NCBI GenBank assembly: GCA_963803975.1
Contig: CAWDOY010000003.1
Location: forward strand, 1 to 64,000
Origin: an uncultured delta proteobacterium
GTDB lineage: Bacteria; Desulfobacterota; WTBG01; CAIYCZ01
Direction: 5' to 3'
Length of the DNA stretch: 64,000 nt
Numbering within the stretch: position 1 is the first letter of the stretch; every line of letters begins with the position of its first letter. Of this stretch, positions 32,148 to 42,061 are shown piece by piece. The position numbers and the translations under genes were made by a program. The notes beneath the pieces were generated by a model. That model was given only the letters and a program-made list of their open reading frames with translations, did no database searches and was not told the DNA's origin.

Positions 32148-32446
32148 AAAAGTTAAGGGCCTTTCAGACAGCACTTGAAAATGAAGGGATCCGGGTAGAA
32201 AAAATTATTTTATACGGCTCCCATGCTGCCGGAGCATGCCATGAGGATAGTGACATTGACGTTGCGGTGGTATCCCCTGATTTCGGAAGTGATCGTTTTG
32301 AAGAAGGGGTGAGGCTGTTTCAAATTGCTTCAAAAATTGATCCGCATCTTGAGCCGGTTCCCATTTCAGCGGAGGCATACGAACATGATACATGGGTGCC
32401 GTTAGTATATGAAATACGGGAGAAAGGCATAACAGTGCATCTTTAA
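32126..32446 (+). CDS. Minimal nucleotidyltransferase (MNT)
   Basis: IILYGSHAAG..DSDIDVAVVSPDF..YEIREKG. Confidence 0.88.
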   Translation: MVEKEILEKLRAFQTALENEGIRVEKIILYGSHAAGACHEDSDIDVAVVSPDFGSDRFEEGVRLFQIASKIDPHLEPVPISAEAYEHDTWVPLVYEIREKGITVHL

Positions 32447-32450
32447 ATAA

Positions 32451-32519
32451 CTACAACATCCTCCAGAACCACTCTGCTGCAAGCGGCGCGGTAATATTTA
32501 TGTGCTCCAGTGGCAGCAT
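32451..32519 (-). repeat. Diverged copy of the last 23 codons of the alpha/beta hydrolase gene
   Basis: 57/69 nt identical to 33319-33387; translates MLPLEHINITAPLAAEWFWRML* versus LLPQEHINITVPLVAEWFWRTL*. Confidence 0.85.
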
Positions 32520-32611
32520 TTAAGATAATTTTCGCTCATGGTCGTAAGATTTACAGCATTTTAAACGATTAGACAAAGATATTTACAGTTCTACGAAGGC
32601 ATTATTTATAT

Positions 32612-33013
32612 TTATGCAATCCAGTGGATGGAGATTTCGTTAGAAAGCTTTCTGAATTCAGGGTCGCCTGTAACCAGCGTAGCTTTTAACTGGGAGCAAA
32701 GCGCGGCGGCAAAACAGTCCGCGTAAGCAATTTTGTATTGTGCCTTTAATTTTGCCGCCCGGTAGGTTAATTCCTTGTCGGCATCGATTAGCTTAATGGG
32801 ATATTTTGTCATCTGTTTTATTACACGTTCAGCATCAGCAACCCCTTGTTCTCGCATAGTGCTGTAATAAATTTCCCCCCAATTAATTATCGACATAAAA
32901 CCCTCAGCCTTTTTCGAGGTTATATCCTTGAGAATTCTTTCGGTGATATCAGCGCCGGCCTCATCTTCATAAAAAGCAATCATTGCAAAACTGTCAAGCA
33001 CATATCTTTTCAT
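32612..33013 (-). CDS. vapC: PIN-domain toxin VapC
   Basis: YVLDSFA, INWGEI, IAYADCF, LVTGDPEF acidic PIN residues. Confidence 0.9.
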   Translation of the reverse strand: MKRYVLDSFAMIAFYEDEAGADITERILKDITSKKAEGFMSIINWGEIYYSTMREQGVADAERVIKQMTKYPIKLIDADKELTYRAAKLKAQYKIAYADCFAAALCSQLKATLVTGDPEFRKLSNEISIHWIA

Positions 33014-33240
33014 CGCTTAGCTTCCCTTTTACGCTCCTCCACCAAACGTTTCAGGACGCGGCCCTTTGTTTTTAATATCCCTCGACCTTCGGCAACAGGG
33101 TCCTGGTGAACAGGTTCCAAAATGATTTTCTTGTTATGCTCATAGATGTTAACCCTGGAACCTTGCTTAAGACCGAATTTTTTTCTGATGGTTGCAGGTA
33201 TCACTATCTGCCCCTTGATGGTAGTTGTTACAATTGACAT
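33010..33240 (-). CDS. AbrB/MazE/SpoVT-type antitoxin
   Basis: TIKGQIVIPATIRKKFGLKQG; ATGA overlap with vapC. Confidence 0.9.
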   Translation of the reverse strand: MSIVTTTIKGQIVIPATIRKKFGLKQGSRVNIYEHNKKIILEPVHQDPVAEGRGILKTKGRVLKRLVEERKREAKR

Positions 33241-33255
33241 AATACATACCTCCTT

Positions 33256-33304
33256 GTATTACTTATTTTGATAATAACGTAATACGCTTAAGGTTAGCTG
33301 TCAA
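33256..33304 (-). promoter_or_regulatory. TA promoter and operator
   Basis: TTGACA-17-TACGTT on the minus strand, overlapping a GTATTAC..GTAATAC inverted repeat (33256-33285). Confidence 0.55.
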
Positions 33305-33318
33305 TGAAAAATATGTTG

Positions 33319-34177
33319 CTATAACGTCCTCCAGAACCACTCTGCTACCAGCGGCACGGTTATGTTTATATGCTCTTGCGGCAGCAAATGGCGCGCTCCG
33401 GGAACAATCACCAGGTCTTTAGTGCATCTGAGCCGCTCATAGAAAGTCCGGGTATAGGCCGGGGTGAAAAGCTTATCTTTTTCACCCACGAGAATGCGTA
33501 CCGGAGTCTGCTGTTCTTCTATGGCTGGTTTATCGGATGGATCAAGAAAAACAGATATCCATGAGCTGCAGCGATATGACCAGGTGCAAAGCGGGTCTTT
33601 AATTATGTATTGAACATTTTCAATCTTATCAAAAACATGCCGGGGTTCCAAGTACGATATTGTGGGGAGAGATAACCGGGGAATAAGACGGCATAATGGC
33701 CGAATGATTCCGGACATGCGTTGAAACCAAAAATGCCGCTTTAAATAGAAAATGGAAGATGCATTGCGCAGGTCTAAAACGCAATGGCACACAGCTGATT
33801 TAATGCGTTTATCAGTGAGTGCTGCATAAAAAGATAGAATTCCTCCCATGCTGGTGCCGGTCATCCCGATTCTGTCAGTGTAATGCTCAAGAGCATAGTC
33901 AACAGCACGCGTTATGTTTCCCATTAGTTCTTTGTAGGTGAATAGCCCGCGGGTGCCGCCGCTGCGGCCATGGCCCTGCAGGTCAAGCCCTATAACATTG
34001 AAGCCCTGCTCAGAAAGGGCTTTCAGAAAATTGGCGTTTGGAATAGTGTCGATGTAGCTGCCCGCATGCATGGACATGCCGTGGATAAAGATGAGGGCAG
34101 GGGCATCCTGACCAGGTCTCATATATGGTCAGATGCAGCGGCGTTCCCTGGTAGTCGACAGAGGCGTGTTTCAGCAT
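33319..34177 (-). CDS. Alpha/beta hydrolase (lysophospholipase-like); probable frameshift near 34115
   Basis: FIHG, DLQGHGRSGG, GTSMGG nucleophile elbow, GEKDKL, GARH. An upstream frame MLKHASVDYQGTPLHLTIYE starts at 34177. Confidence 0.82.
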
Positions 34178-34292
34178 TTATGCATAGTATGATTATCGGG
34201 CAGCAACTGCAAGAAATTCTTTATCAAAACTAACAATAAGACTGCCAGAATGATCAGGGGAAGCTGCGAAGGATGAGCAGTAAACTATTTCA

Positions 34293-36048
34293 TTATGAAT
34301 AGAAAAAAAACAAAAGGCAGAAGAAGGAAAAAATACCCAGGAAATACATAACCCCTATCCCGATTGCCTGGCGGTAGGCATCGGGATTGTACTGATCGGC
34401 CGGTGGGGTGTTATTAAAAAGAATCGCGCTGAAAAGGCGTGCCGGATTTCTGCATATTGCTACGAGCCTGTCTGTCAACCGGGATGCAACCACCTGCAGG
34501 GTTGTGCGGACTTTGTCAAAACCAAAGCACCCCTGCATAAAAACCTGAGCACCTCTCCGGTAAAACCAGTCGGTATCAAGGCTTATGGTGCGCTCACCAT
34601 ACAGCCTGTTCATAAAAAGCGAATAACCCAGCCCGGAAAATATGAGAATCTGCAGCATGGCAGAAACTGCAGACAACCTGAACGGAGAGTATGTCGCCTT
34701 GAAGGGAAGAATATCGTACAGCACCCGGGGATACACCCCGGTAACAATACAGAGGAGCGCGGCCATGCCCATGGCAATGAGCATGTTCAGGGGCGGCTCC
34801 TTTATCTCTGCAAGCTCTATTGCTCTGGTCAACCGGTGCTCTCCCGAACCACATGCCGTACGGGAGCTTGAGGGTTAACGACAGGAAGGTGCCGACTGAT
34901 GCCAGCTCAAGGAGCAGATAAATTATTGGCCGGTGAATTTCCCCGGCAGCGAATACGATCATATTTTTGCTGATGAACCCGTTGAAGAGCGGCACAGCAG
35001 AAATTGAAAAAGCACCGACCATATACATGGCAAAGCAGATGGGCATCCGGGTGAACAGCCTCCGCCCCTGGAGCTCGGTTATTTTTTCCCTGCCGGTCAC
35101 CTGGATAACTGCGCCGACCGCCATAAACAGCAGCGCTTTATACAGAATGTGGCAGAAGGCGTGCGCAGCAGAACCGTTCATGGACAGCTCCGTACCCATC
35201 CCCACCCCGCACACCATGAACCCGACCTGGCTCACAATATGATAGGCAAGGAATCTGCGGATATTATTTTCCAGCAGGGCGTATACAATGCCGTACAGGG
35301 CCATGATTGCTCCCATCCAGGTGAGCAGCTCCCAGCCGGGGAATCCCCTCAGGAGCACGTACACGGCGCTCTTGGTGGTAAATATGGAAAGAAAAACACT
35401 GCCGGTAACGGTTGCCTCAGGATAAGAGTCGGAAAGCCAGGCATTAAATGGCGGTACCGCTGCATTGATGAGAAAACCGAGAAGGATGAGATAACAGCCA
35501 GTACTTCCAGAAGACACGGGATTAAATGCTATGGAGCCGGTACGGGAGACTTCCATCACAATGCCGGCAAGAAGAGCGGCGCCTCCTGAGAGGTGCACCA
35601 TAAGGTATCTGAATCCGGCGCTGAGTGCCTGGTCGCTTTTCCGGTACCAGATGATAATAGCGGAAGTAATGGCCATAAGCTCCCAGAATGCAAAGAGGGT
35701 GAAATAGTCTCCTGCAAAAGTTACCCCCAGTGCTCCCCCCGCATAAATAAAGGCAGCAGCATGCTGCCCGTCTTCCTTCACCTGGAGAGCGTAGACCATC
35801 CCGAGAAAAGCGGCAATGACAAACACATAGGCAAAGCAGAGGCTGAGGGTGTCAACCCTGCCCAGAACCAGCTCATAGCCCAAGAACGGGTATTTCCAGT
35901 AGCTGCCCTGGGGCATGAGCAGCAGGTCAATAAAGGCAAGGGAAGGGATGGCAAGCAGCGCGAACTGCTTCAGCAGCCGCCCCTGCAGCAGCGGCAGAAG
36001 CAGGGCTCCGCAGAAGAATATCAATGCCGGATGGACCGCATTATTCAT
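34293..36048 (-). CDS. Mrp/Mnh antiporter-like subunit (MrpA/D, NuoL-like), frameshift near 34830
   Basis: FWELMA, WLSDSYPEAT, TTKSAVY, AHAFCHILYKALLF. The downstream frame has IKEPP and SLDTDWFYRRG. Confidence 0.85.
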
Positions 36049-36250
36049 AGTAATTCTCATCCCGCTTGATAAAGAATTTGCCGAGGGCTTTTGAGACAAT
36101 GATCAGTACGATGCACCCGGCAAAACCGAACAGCGCGTAAAAGACCGGCAGCTTCTCCCAGAAGAAGTGCGCCCCGCTGGTCGGCGTAAAAAAACTTAAA
36201 ACCAGAATAACAATCGCGCTGACGAGCATTTTTCTGTTTTTCCAGAACAT
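36041..36250 (-). CDS. Small two-TM protein of the Mrp cluster
   Basis: HFFWEKLPVFYALFGFAGC..SK.LG..IKRDENYY; coupled to both neighbours. Confidence 0.75.
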   Translation of the reverse strand: MFWKNRKMLVSAIVILVLSFFTPTSGAHFFWEKLPVFYALFGFAGCIVLIIVSKALGKFFIKRDENYYE

Positions 36251-37740
36251 CAGATACCCCACGACAGGGAGGACACGACACGTCCTGCCAGGTTATAAAA
36301 ATTAAAAATCAGATCGGGAGAGAAGCAAAACAGGATAGAGAACAGCGCAGTAAGAGCAAGCGGAATTACTATGAGCAGCGGCGCCTCGCTGACCTGCGGC
36401 TGCTCTGAATCTGTTTTTTTAAAAAACGCGCTATAGACAATGGGGAACAGGTATGCCGCATCAAGCAGGGAGCTGATGAGAAAGACAACCAGGAACCATG
36501 TTTCATGAGACTGATAGGCACCAATGCAGAGATACCATTTGCTGATGAATCCGCACACCGGCGGTATGCCCACCAGCCCGGCAGCAGCTATGCTGAAGGC
36601 CGCCATGGTCAGGGGCATCTGCCTGCCGATACCATCCAGCTCACTGACCAGCTTTTTCCCGGTTTTTAAAAAGATAGCGCCTGAACACATGAACAGCGTG
36701 ATCTTCATGAACCCGTGAAACGGGATATACAGAATCGCGCCCCGCGCGCTGTCGGCATTGAGCAGGCAGGCACCGAGGATAATCATCGCCAGGCTGCTGA
36801 TGGTGGAAAACGCCAGCCTGCGCTTCAGGTTGTCCTGGGTGAGGGCAATGATGTTTGCAGCAATAACGGTAAAAGAAACGATATAAGCAAGGGCCGCCCA
36901 GACATTCAGCTGTTTGAGCAATGCCGGGCCAAAGACATACAGAATGACCCGCAGGACACAGAAGACCCCGGCCTTGACCACCGCTACCGCATGAAGCAGG
37001 GCGCTCACCGGCGTAAGGGCCACCATTGCCGAAGGCAGCCATTCGTGGAACGGCATGAGCGCGGCCTTGGAGCCGAAGCCGATCATAAAGCACACCAGTA
37101 TCACCTTGAGAATCTGTGGCGAACCTTTTCCCTGCAGAAAGCCGCCTGCCGCAAAATCCATGGTTCCGGATATATAATAGACACAGCCCATGGAAAACAG
37201 TATAAACACGGCGCCGGTCATCAGGTAAATGAGATATTTTTGGCCGGCCTTCATTGCTTCCGGTGTTTCCTTGTGCACCACCAGGGGAAACGTGGAGATC
37301 GTCAGTATTTCGTAAAACATGAACAGGGTGAGCAGGTTACCAGCAAGCGCTACACCGACAGCGCCCATGAGCGCCAGAGCGAAGCAGCAAAAGTACCGGG
37401 TCTGCGCGTGCTCTTGCAGGCTGCGCATGTACCCAATGGAATAGATGGAAACAATGACCCAGAGAAATGATGACAGGAGGGCAAAAACCATCCCGAAAGC
37501 ATCTACCCTGAACATAAACGCCGTATCCCGGTAGATCGTAACCAGCGAATACTCAATAACGCTGCCCCGCAGCACCGGGGAGAGCATTGCATAGACAAAG
37601 GTGCACTGGGCCAGTGCTGCAAGCAGTGTCCAGGCTTCGCGCAGGTTCGGTCTTTTATTCCCTGTTACCAGTATGAGCACAGCTCCGCCGAGAGGCGCCA
37701 GCACAGCGTAGAGCGGTAAGGGAGAATAGACCGTTGCCAT
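36250..37740 (-). CDS. Mrp/Mnh antiporter subunit D family protein
   Basis: FYEILT, HEWLPSAMVALTPVSALLHAVAVVKAG, QDNLKRRLAFST, GFISKW. Confidence 0.88.
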   Translation of the reverse strand: MATVYSPLPLYAVLAPLGGAVLILVTGNKRPNLREAWTLLAALAQCTFVYAMLSPVLRGSVIEYSLVTIYRDTAFMFRVDAFGMVFALLSSFLWVIVSIYSIGYMRSLQEHAQTRYFCCFALALMGAVGVALAGNLLTLFMFYEILTISTFPLVVHKETPEAMKAGQKYLIYLMTGAVFILFSMGCVYYISGTMDFAAGGFLQGKGSPQILKVILVCFMIGFGSKAALMPFHEWLPSAMVALTPVSALLHAVAVVKAGVFCVLRVILYVFGPALLKQLNVWAALAYIVSFTVIAANIIALTQDNLKRRLAFSTISSLAMIILGACLLNADSARGAILYIPFHGFMKITLFMCSGAIFLKTGKKLVSELDGIGRQMPLTMAAFSIAAAGLVGIPPVCGFISKWYLCIGAYQSHETWFLVVFLISSLLDAAYLFPIVYSAFFKKTDSEQPQVSEAPLLIVIPLALTALFSILFCFSPDLIFNFYNLAGRVVSSLSWGI

Positions 37741-37752
37741 ATCTAAAGAAGC

Positions 37753-39258
37753 CTAAAATGTGCCGGGAATAGCCCGGCTTATAAAACGGGTGATGAGCAT
37801 GTTGCTGAAAAATCCCAGCAGGATTAAAAAACAGGCCAGACATGCTGCCGGTATCAGTTCCCCCATCGGCACCGGATCGAGCCGAAACGGAGTATCATGG
37901 TGTGCGTGCCCGGCCGGGATAGCTTCGCGGGGCGGGAAGTATACCTGCTCGATGATACGGAAAAAGAGAACGGTGTTTAAAAGCGAGCTCATGAGAATCA
38001 CGAACACAAAAAACCACTGCTGAGCCTGAATCGCCCCGAGGACGAGATACCACTTGCTGAAAAAACCGCACAGCGGCGGGACGCCGATTACCGCCAGCGC
38101 GCCGATGACAAACACCGCCATGGTCAGCGGAAGCGTCCGGTGCAGGTTGCGCAGCTCATAAATATTTCTGGTGCGGGCATGAGCGTAAATAATCCCCGTG
38201 ACTGCAAACAGGCATGCCATCATGAACATGTCATTTACCAGATGCAGCAGCGCGCCGGTCAGACCAAGCCGGTTTGATGAGGAAATACCAATGACGATAT
38301 AGCCTATTTCGCAGACGATAAGATAACAGAGCATGCGCTTCAAATCAGACTGGGCAATCGCCAGAAACGCGGCAAACAGCACCCCTGCCGCTGCGATCCA
38401 GCCGAGCACCGGGGCTGCCGGATAGAGGGAGGTGTAAAAGGGCGCATTGAAAACAGACAGTAATATTCTGATAAGTACATATGCACCCACTTTTGTGGAA
38501 AGCGGCGCTAACAGGACGCTCACGCTGGACGGCGCGAGGGTATATGAGTCGGGCAGCCAGGTATGTACCGGGAAAAGCGCCATCTTTATCGCAATGCCGA
38601 CTATTAACAGGGAAAAGCCGGCAAGCAGGGCCTTTGACTGGTACAGTGCGGGAAGCAGCTGGTTAAGGTCCGCCATGTTAAGCGAGCCGGTAAGAATGTA
38701 CAGATAGCCGACCCCGAGCAGATAGGCGCAGGCACCAATGGTCCCGAAAATCATGTAGCGGAAAGCGGCAAACGCGGCACCCCGCTCACCCATGGCGATC
38801 ATTGCGTATGCGGAGAAAGAAGCGATTTCCAGCAGCACGTACAGGTTGAATACATCCCCGGTGATGGTGATGCCGAAAAGCCCGGTCACCTGGAGCAGAT
38901 ACAGGGTGTAGAGCTGGGGAAGCTTTGCCTGCGGAAATTCGCGGGCAGCCATTGATCGGGAATAGACAGCACTGAGGAGCGCTATGACAGCGATGGCAAG
39001 CAGGATGAGCGCATTAAGGTGGTCGACGACATATTCAATGCCCCAGGGAGGCGGCCATGCACCCAGATGGTAGTGCAGCGGATTGCCAGTGCTTAAAACG
39101 GCAGCCGCAAGGCCCGCGGCAAAAATAAGGCATGCAGTGAGGGCAATGATGACTAACGGGAAGCAGTATCTGCGGTCAAACCAGCCGACCGCAAATACTA
39201 TGAACGACGCTATCAGAGGCGTCACCACGATGAGGGCGGGGAAATGAACCGTCGTCAC
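37753..39258 (-). CDS. mnhD: Mrp/Mnh antiporter subunit D
   Basis: GAWPPPWGIE, GDVFNLYVLLEI, KMALFPVHTWLPDSY, STKV, GFFSKW. Confidence 0.88.
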   Translation of the reverse strand: MTTVHFPALIVVTPLIASFIVFAVGWFDRRYCFPLVIIALTACLIFAAGLAAAVLSTGNPLHYHLGAWPPPWGIEYVVDHLNALILLAIAVIALLSAVYSRSMAAREFPQAKLPQLYTLYLLQVTGLFGITITGDVFNLYVLLEIASFSAYAMIAMGERGAAFAAFRYMIFGTIGACAYLLGVGYLYILTGSLNMADLNQLLPALYQSKALLAGFSLLIVGIAIKMALFPVHTWLPDSYTLAPSSVSVLLAPLSTKVGAYVLIRILLSVFNAPFYTSLYPAAPVLGWIAAAGVLFAAFLAIAQSDLKRMLCYLIVCEIGYIVIGISSSNRLGLTGALLHLVNDMFMMACLFAVTGIIYAHARTRNIYELRNLHRTLPLTMAVFVIGALAVIGVPPLCGFFSKWYLVLGAIQAQQWFFVFVILMSSLLNTVLFFRIIEQVYFPPREAIPAGHAHHDTPFRLDPVPMGELIPAACLACFLILLGFFSNMLITRFISRAIPGTF

Positions 39259-39635
39259 TTTTTAAGCGCCTCTATAATCTCATCTTCCTCGAGCGTACCG
39301 TACTTCTGGTAAATGATGATCAGCAGAGCAAGGGCAATGCCGGTTGTAGCCACCCCCACGACAATCGCCGTGAGCATGAGAACATGGGGCAGGGGATTGA
39401 TATAGTCTGCTGCCTTGACCGCCTGATTGAGGACGCCGTGCGTCTCAATGTCGGGGATCGTCGCTCCCCTTTTAGCCCCGATGGAAATAAAAAACAGGAT
39501 AATTGACCACTGGAATATATTCATGCCGATAAGCTTCTTCATCAGGTTGTTCTTTACCATCATGCCGTAGAAGCCCATCATGATAAGGATTATATAAAAC
39601 CAGTAGCTGTGTTTGGTCACAAGGTATTCAATCAT
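39255..39635 (-). CDS. mnhC: Mrp/Mnh antiporter subunit C
   Basis: NLMKKLIG, NPLPHVLMLTAIVVG, YGTLEEDEI. Confidence 0.9.
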   Translation of the reverse strand: MIEYLVTKHSYWFYIILIMMGFYGMMVKNNLMKKLIGMNIFQWSIILFFISIGAKRGATIPDIETHGVLNQAVKAADYINPLPHVLMLTAIVVGVATTGIALALLIIIYQKYGTLEEDEIIEALKK

Positions 39636-40110
39636 CTTCCCAGTCCAGAACTTCCCCGTGGTCACCCTTGGTAACCAGATCCATAAAAATCGAAATCATT
39701 ACTGCCATGACGGTAATCTGTACGCCCAGTTCTATCAGTGCCATGCCATAATAGCGCGCCATGACCGGCGTTGTGGGTAAAATATGCGTCCATTTGCTGT
39801 AATCAAGGAAATTGCCGGAAAAAAAGATCGCCACCGCCCCGGTACCTGCATAGATAAAAGCTCCCAGACTGCAGAATATAACAATATATTTTTCTTTAAA
39901 GCGGCGCTTTGCCTCCCTGATACTGAAAGCCACCGCCAGAAGAATGAAGCTTGCTGCCATGATGCAGCCTCCCTGAAATCCGCCGCCGGGGCTGGTATGG
40001 CCGTGGATCAGCACATACAGGCTAAAGAGCTGGATAAAGGGCAGCATAATCCGGGAACAGGTCCGGATAATTATATCATCAAGAATAATATCATCGAGGA
40101 TTCTTACCAT
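39628..40110 (-). CDS. mnhB: Mrp/Mnh antiporter subunit B
   Basis: HGHTSPGGGFQGG and ELGVQITV. Confidence 0.88.
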   Translation of the reverse strand: MVRILDDIILDDIIIRTCSRIMLPFIQLFSLYVLIHGHTSPGGGFQGGCIMAASFILLAVAFSIREAKRRFKEKYIVIFCSLGAFIYAGTGAVAIFFSGNFLDYSKWTHILPTTPVMARYYGMALIELGVQITVMAVMISIFMDLVTKGDHGEVLDWEDD

Positions 40111-40381
40111 GTCTCATACCCCTGAGCAGCATCATCACTGCAACCCCTGCGCAAAAAATGACGCTGGTCTCAAACATCGTGTCATATCCCCGGTAATCAG
40201 CGAGCACTGAAGTTACCGCATTCGGCACCCCGGTTTCCTCCACCGTCTTTTCAATATAGCGCGGCGATACGTGGATGCTTGCCGGCTGCTGCGGGTCACC
40301 CCATTGGGGGAACTCCTCCGCGCTGTATACCAGCAATGCACCGGCAATCATGGTAATGAACAGTGCCAGCATCTTATTCAA
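40091..40381 (-). CDS. MbhE-like / MnhB-associated small subunit
   Basis: PNAVTSVLADYRGYDTMFETSVI motif. Confidence 0.85.
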   Translation of the reverse strand: MNKMLALFITMIAGALLVYSAEEFPQWGDPQQPASIHVSPRYIEKTVEETGVPNAVTSVLADYRGYDTMFETSVIFCAGVAVMMLLRGMRHGKNPR

Positions 40382-40623
40382 TCTTTGCTCCTCCTGCTCG
40401 TGTTGTACAGGGCTGCGATGAAAAACGCGGTGCTCACTCCGGCCCCGACAGCGGCTTCGGTGAAGGCCACGTCAACAGCGCCCATTTCAGTCCACAGCAG
40501 ACACATAAAAAAGCTGAAGGCGCTCAGGAGCACGATGGCGCTCAATAAATCTTTCACCGTAAGCGCCGCAGCCGCAACGATAACCGCAAATAGACACAGT
40601 ATGAAATTCAACGAGGGGATCAT
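40378..40623 (-). CDS. DUF4040 / MbhD-like small subunit
   Basis: KDLLSAI..GAVDVAFTEAAVGAG. Confidence 0.85.
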   Translation of the reverse strand: MIPSLNFILCLFAVIVAAAALTVKDLLSAIVLLSAFSFFMCLLWTEMGAVDVAFTEAAVGAGVSTAFFIAALYNTSRRSKD

Positions 40624-40991
40624 GTACGCACCTCTGTCTCTGTTTTATCTATGATCACCGTACCGTCTTTTGTCCATGGGGTCACCCCGGACTCAAATGC
40701 GGAGCGCAGTAATGCGTGGGTTGCGGTCGGGCTCGCGAGAAACCAGAATACGGCAATGGACATGAGTTTTGCGCTCTGCACAAAACCATACCAGCAGAAA
40801 TTATCGAACAGGTTGTAAAGGGCAAGACCGGTGACGCACAGAAGCAGCGCCAGGGTATCGCCTTTGCCGACCGCGTGCATCCGCGTATAGACATCAGGAA
40901 AGCGCAAAAATCCCACGGTTGCCGAGAAGAAAAAAAACAGCCCGACTGATAGCAGTGTCACGGTTACGGTAATTACAAGCACGGACATCAT
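40620..40991 (-). CDS. mnhG: Mrp/Mnh antiporter subunit G
   Basis: GFLRFPDVYTRMHAVGKGDT, SPTATHAL. Confidence 0.9.
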   Translation of the reverse strand: MMSVLVITVTVTLLSVGLFFFFSATVGFLRFPDVYTRMHAVGKGDTLALLLCVTGLALYNLFDNFCWYGFVQSAKLMSIAVFWFLASPTATHALLRSAFESGVTPWTKDGTVIIDKTETEVRT

Positions 40992-41263
40992 GGATGGACA
41001 TGCACTCCTTTTTTAATGAAATAGCGTGATACGATAAGCGTGCTGATAAAATTTAATATGGAGTAGACCAGCGCCAGGTCTACAAACATATCTATCCTTC
41101 TGTAAAGAAATCCAATCAGCAGCAGCAGAATAGCTGTCTTGGTTCCCACGAAACCGGCGCCAATGACTCTGTCAAAAACGGTGGGCCCCCATACCGCCCG
41201 GTACAGGCACAACAGAATGAAAAAACACAAGGCAAGGGCAACCCCTAAAAAGAAATTCTGCAT
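40988..41263 (-). CDS. mnhF: Mrp/Mnh antiporter subunit F
   Basis: YRAVWGPTVFDRVIG, DLALVY. Confidence 0.9.
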   Translation of the reverse strand: MQNFFLGVALALCFFILLCLYRAVWGPTVFDRVIGAGFVGTKTAILLLLIGFLYRRIDMFVDLALVYSILNFISTLIVSRYFIKKGVHVHP

Positions 41264-41743
41264 TCAGTCCTCTCCAAAAATATGTCCGACCCGTGTTTCC
41301 ATATCTCCCGGCAGGGATTCTGCCACCGGCTTGTCAATTGCATGGACATAAAAGTAATCGTTTTCGACAAGCACGGTTATGGTTCCGGGGGTGAGGGTGA
41401 TTGAATTGGCAAAGGTGAAAACAGATACGTCTTTTTTGAGCCTGGTTCTGAATTTTACAATATGCGGGTAGAGGCGGTCAGACATCCGGGGAGAAAGGGC
41501 TAATTTAACAACGTATATGTTGGCCAGATAGATTTGATAGAGAAGCCACGGCAGGTATTTAATCAGGCGGATAACTTCTCTCCCTTTACCCGATACCTGC
41601 TTATCCGTGAATAACAGGTCATTGGACATGTACGCAACCAGGGCGCATGAAATGATGCCAAGCCCGAAATGCCACAGGTCAAAAAGCCCGGACATAAATA
41701 TCCAGAAGAGAAGCAGAAGGATGAACGTAACAGCAAACGACAT
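41264..41743 (-). CDS. mnhE: Mrp/Mnh antiporter subunit E
   Basis: ANIYV and FANSITLTPGTIT..VHAI; start set at ATG 41743. Confidence 0.9.
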   Translation of the reverse strand: MSFAVTFILLLLFWIFMSGLFDLWHFGLGIISCALVAYMSNDLLFTDKQVSGKGREVIRLIKYLPWLLYQIYLANIYVVKLALSPRMSDRLYPHIVKFRTRLKKDVSVFTFANSITLTPGTITVLVENDYFYVHAIDKPVAESLPGDMETRVGHIFGED

Positions 41744-41882
41744 AGACAAAATACAGATCAAATATTGGTTGTTTCGTGATCACCAATTGAACTATAGCAA
41801 TCCTCTCGCTGCGATGTTCTGTATCCGTTTCCTGAAGTGTTTAAGGTGCGCCGCTGTATGGAGGAGAAAAATGACTGCGGTC

Positions 41883-41911
41883 ATATTACAAAGTACACGT
41901 ACTGTTGTCAA
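41883..41911 (-). promoter_or_regulatory. sigma70 promoter of the mnh operon with a palindromic spacer
   Basis: TTGACA-17-TAATAT on the minus strand; the spacer contains AGTAC-NN-GTACT. Confidence 0.65.
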
Positions 41912-42061
41912 GACGATTTCATTATCACGCTGAAAAAATATGACCAATGTTTAGCATAACGGTAAAAAAATACAATGCCATTCATCAGAAATAGACCCTT
42001 GGGTTTTCCTGATTCCTTGAGCAGTGCGATCTGGTCCGTTCTGGTCAGGCAGTACTTTGTA

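Noticed and set aside
34293..41743. Membrane-bound hydrogenase or complex I operon
   Set aside because: No NiFe large or small subunit, NuoH-like or Fe-S subunit is encoded.
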